Below are positions 62,401-64,000 of a stretch of DNA of 64,000 bases, in pieces. Source of the DNA: an uncultured Veillonellaceae bacterium (lineage in GTDB: Bacteria > Bacillota > Negativicutes > JARBTT01); contig CAWDTA010000003.1 of NCBI GenBank assembly GCA_963805085.1, positions 160,001-224,000 of the forward strand, read 5' to 3'. Position 1 is the first letter of the stretch. Each line of letters starts with the position of its first letter. The notes under the pieces were generated by a model. It saw only the letters and a list, made by a program, of their open reading frames with translations, was not told where the DNA came from and made no database searches. A program made the translations under genes and the position numbers.

Positions 62401-64000
62401 ATTGATCCCCAAGAACGGTTGTTCCTAGAAGTTTGTTGGGAAGTAATAGAAGATGCAGGATACACTAGGGAGCAGCTTGGAGGTGAGTATAATCGGCGGG
62501 TTGGTGTTTTTGCCGGGATTAACAAAACAGGTTTTGAGTTATACGGCCCCGATCTATGGAAACAAGGGAAACTGGCTTATCCTCGTACGTCCTTTGGATC
62601 GGTTGCGAATAGGGTTTCCTATCTCCTCAATTTACAAGGTCCCAGTATGCCGATTGATACGATGTGCTCTTCCTCGTTAACAGCGATTCACGAAGCCTGT
62701 GAACATATTCATCGTGGAGAATGTGAAATGGCGATTGCCGGCGGAGTGAATTTGTACCTGCATTCTTCAAACTATATTGATCTCTGTCATATACACATGC
62801 TATCTGTAGATGGAAAATGCAAAAGCTTTGGCCTGGGGGGGGACGGCTTCGTACCTGGTGAAGGAGTTGGCGTTGTTTTACTGAAGCCTTTGTCACAAGC
62901 GACTGCAGATGGGGATCATATTTATGCTGTAATTCGAGGGACCAGTATTAACCATGGCGGAAAAACGAATGGATATACAGTGCCAAATCCGATCGCCCAG
63001 GGCGATCTCATTCGCTTGGCCCTAGATAAAGCAGGGGTTGATGCCCGGGCCGTCAGTTATATCGAAGCACATGGAACAGGGACAGCACTTGGCGATCCGA
63101 TTGAAATCGCAGGATTAAGCCAGGCATTCAAAAAGGATACTCAAGATACAGGATTTTGTGCCATTGGTTCCGTAAAATCAAATATTGGCCATTTGGAGGC
63201 GGCAGCAGGAATTGCAGGAATTACCAAAATCGTGCTGCAAATGAAACATCAGCAGATCGTTCCCAGCCTGTATGCTACGGAATTGAATCCGAATATTAAT
63301 TTTGCCAAAACCCCTTTTGTAGTTCAGCAGGCGTTGGTAGAATGGAAACGACCAGTGGTTGAGATAAATGGGGAAACCAAGGAATATCCAAGGATTGCTG
63401 GCATTTCGTCCTTTGGTGCAGGTGGATCAAACGCCCATGTAGTGATGGAGGAATACATTCCACAAAATCTGGAGCGGCATTGCGGAGCCATCAATCCACA
63501 AAATCCAGCCATTATCGTGCTGTCGGCTAAGAATGAAGAACGGCTCCAAGTGCAGGTACAGCAATTGTTGACCGCGATTCAGGAGCAGCAATTTATAGAT
63601 AGTAATTTAATTGATATCGCCTATACGTTACAAGTAGGACGTGAGGCTCTGGAAGAACGCTTGGCAATGCTTGTAGGATCAGTCAAAGAGCTGGTGGAAA
63701 AATTGAATAAATTTATAAAAGGGCAGGATGGCGTGATAGATCTGTATCGAGGACAGGTCCAGAATAATAAGGAAACTTTTGCTGCGCTAGCAATGGATGA
63801 AGAAATGCAGGAAACCATTAAAAAGTGGATTCAGCGCAAAAAGTATGCGAAACTTCTCGGCCTTTGGGTTAAGGGATTCTTTGTTGATTGGAATAAGCTT
63901 TATGTCGATACCAAACCTCGTCGCGTCAGTTTGCCTACGTATTCCTTTGCCAAGGAACGCTATTGGTTGCCGGAGATTTATGCCCAACCTATCTGCAGCC
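56431..64000 (+). CDS. trans-AT PKS with loading module, 3'-partial: FAAL-ACP-KS-KR-ACP-KS...
   Basis: Missing from the ORF track because no stop falls in the window. Hand translation of frame +1 from ATG 56431 (RBS AGGGGG): LYTSGSISQPKG, SWMPQFHNFGL, APNFAFDYC, GEIWIQSPSVAMGY, FFRSGDLGF, IPKTGSGKVQR (acyl-AMP ligase); ACP LGLDSI (~58290); KS NTACSSS/HGTGT; KR ITGGTGGLG; ACP YGLDSI; KS DTMCSSS/HGTGT. Confidence 0.94.
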   Translation, partial: MKQETDHTGVFLLAKLFELHEQLPEKRLFTFQQEKEAPDFLTVKALVNKTKILGSILQQKLAPQEKVLLLFPQGLGYIYSLLACWYANVIAIPIQIAEVAEQEQVLAKISAILIDSQAACIITDTNLKEFLTTQQVVNQMPILNIDELPSDDLSNRKVRPQAPSDIALLLYTSGSISQPKGVMLSHSNLLSQAFMGATHWKVNQESCIVSWMPQFHNFGLFFNLLSPLLTGASSVILSPSSFIKNPKVWLKTIDQYQATHTAAPNFAFDYCCSSINAVTLKECSLHSLQVIVCGGEPVCKETYENFTKKFKTLGLRKNIFCAHYGLSETGSVTTSKPSQPLRFLSLDISLLGEGKIKHTNQKKKSKSVASCGEIDETIQILIVRPETCVPCVPGEIGEIWIQSPSVAMGYLNRPEETESTFSRVLSTTNEGEFFRSGDLGFIENNQLFVVGREKEVIIIHGKNHHPVDIEWTIKKHIPNLTLPMAVFSCEINQQEKVVVVQEVETATHDTVYKKRIGEILAAVSKTHEIEVYEIVFIEKGMIPKTGSGKVQRKLCRNLYINQELSVLYKYQHRGAGVQSKVKTSPPQLDGDILAILKQQVFLPVLSTDLAGLEEVATFSQLGLDSIQYIQISKRIETVFDIEFAPVILFKYSCFTELVEYLSSQIEKRQSQGIDPIKAQADICADTSKVRETSIAIIGVHYNFPGGTSNSDDFWESLMQQKDCITPIAESRPQIVADCQNYNGMLESFPPWGGFIKDVELFDAPFFGISPLEAESMDPQQRKVLELIWSVIENSGYNPYKLAGKDIGLFVGAHNSEYAELVASQPELIDTYGAYLDTGLHMSMIAHRISRWFNFRGPSEVVNTACSSSLVAIHHAVESIYRGESSMAIAGGINLILASRTYRASNKAGMLSKDGRCKTFDEAADGFVRAEGYGAVLLKPYRQAIEDKDTIYGVIKGVVINHDGHSNSLRAPNLNAQKELIKAAYQKSGLPVETISYIETHGTGTPLGDPIEIQALQEAFREINPDLPRAFCGLGTVKTNIGHCESAAGIAGLVKILLSMKYGTLPGILHFKKLNPYISLQNSPFFIVEQTKEWKRFKDSRGKDIPRRAGISSFGFGGANAHVVLEEHISDSTTEQIPLLMDNNKMAIIPISAKTQACLRTYAQELHAFLSKSTAQEQNLRYKLGDITLLDLAYTLQVGRAAMEERIAFLVDGISELMRKLEAFIQNKSDIDNCWQGHVKQGKNMVALLGNDEDSQELVHKWVAKSKLDKVVQYWVQGGTIEWDLLYDQVKPRRINLPTYPFAKIRYWIPKLNASQANSTARVGLVKTPAGHHGTMMLEPGWKEQAITLGSTVPDYEQHLVILCEPAAVLGERIESYINGVRCLVLTSEEDNIAERFQIYASRIFEEIHCMFNGSHKGKLLIQIIVVNQAEKYLFSGLSGMLKTAHLENPKCNGQLIEMEAEVNSDEIIERLEENSLSPMDHHIRYQDGKRYIADWRKQEFSQEVAGIPWKNQGVYLITGGTGGLGQIFAREIVNKVKDTTLILTGRSVLSAFKQGELKELETLGARIEYKQIDVTRKEAVNNLIQYIRKNYGHLHGIIHSAGVSKANFIRKKTQEELQEVLAPKVAGVVNLDQASRDLPLDFFVLFSSIAGSLGVVGQADYAAANAFMDAYAKYRNTMVASKERHGQTLSINWPLWQEGGMRIDAETAKTMQQNTGMIAMQTTTGIWAFYQALASGKAQVMVTEGDLLHMQAQLLEVLPEVHSSYTAQVPAAPVEPWLLREKILHRLKVLFGEVTKISVAGIDPEEPLERYGLDSILITQLNQKLDGIFGELSKTIFYEYQTLNALVEYFTAEYPQKCLQWIGLEDQVQPIQEKSTMSPATDKMPVLASLKTGKKLTPNNSVYEPIAIIGISGRYPKAKTLKEYWDILKTGQDCITEIPHERWSIEGFYHADPQEAVAQGKSYSKWGGFIEGFADFDPLFFSIAPRDAINIDPQERLFLEVCWEVIEDAGYTREQLGGEYNRRVGVFAGINKTGFELYGPDLWKQGKLAYPRTSFGSVANRVSYLLNLQGPSMPIDTMCSSSLTAIHEACEHIHRGECEMAIAGGVNLYLHSSNYIDLCHIHMLSVDGKCKSFGLGGDGFVPGEGVGVVLLKPLSQATADGDHIYAVIRGTSINHGGKTNGYTVPNPIAQGDLIRLALDKAGVDARAVSYIEAHGTGTALGDPIEIAGLSQAFKKDTQDTGFCAIGSVKSNIGHLEAAAGIAGITKIVLQMKHQQIVPSLYATELNPNINFAKTPFVVQQALVEWKRPVVEINGETKEYPRIAGISSFGAGGSNAHVVMEEYIPQNLERHCGAINPQNPAIIVLSAKNEERLQVQVQQLLTAIQEQQFIDSNLIDIAYTLQVGREALEERLAMLVGSVKELVEKLNKFIKGQDGVIDLYRGQVQNNKETFAALAMDEEMQETIKKWIQRKKYAKLLGLWVKGFFVDWNKLYVDTKPRRVSLPTYSFAKERYWLPEIYAQPICS

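Noticed and set aside
282-63987. Many short (60-150 aa) ORFs on the minus strand and in alternative + frames
   Set aside because: They lie within megasynthase genes, have no recognisable motifs and recur with the repeats, so they are shadow ORFs. Exceptions are the pieces at 42378-43328, which carry parts of the frameshifted KS.

Overview
The whole window is on the + strand and belongs to a very large trans-AT (AT-less) polyketide synthase/NRPS hybrid locus from a low-GC Bacillota-like genome. Positions 1-56023 encode the downstream part of one assembly line: [..KR-ACP-KS-DH-KR-ACP-KS] [DH-KR-ACP-KS-DH-KR-ACP-KS-KR-ACP-KS0] [DH-ACP-KS0-ACP] [C-A(Thr)-T] [C-A(Ser)-T] [C-A(Gly)-T-KS-ACPx3] [KS-DH-KR-ACP-KS-ACPx2, frameshifted in this sequence] HMG-CoA synthase-like, ECH1, [ECH2-KS-DH-KR-ACP-KS0-ACP-TE]. 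After a structured 400-bp spacer with a good sigma-A promoter, a second megasynthase begins at 56431 (FAAL-ACP-KS-KR-ACP-KS...). It runs off the window and is absent from the ORF track. The most striking feature is a tandemly duplicated single-module NRPS gene. The two copies share near-identical docking and C domains but carry different A-domain cores (Thr vs Ser code), which suggests interchangeable parallel 'cartridges' at one position of the line. Both copies also look as if they have lost an epimerase domain. A near-perfect 3.8-kb internal module duplication, tandem beta-branching ACP repeats and a cis-fused ECH2 are also present. No AT, ER, MT, free ACP/KS0, RNA genes, CRISPR or mobile elements were seen. 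Domain boundaries are approximate and were read by eye. I do not recognise the product.
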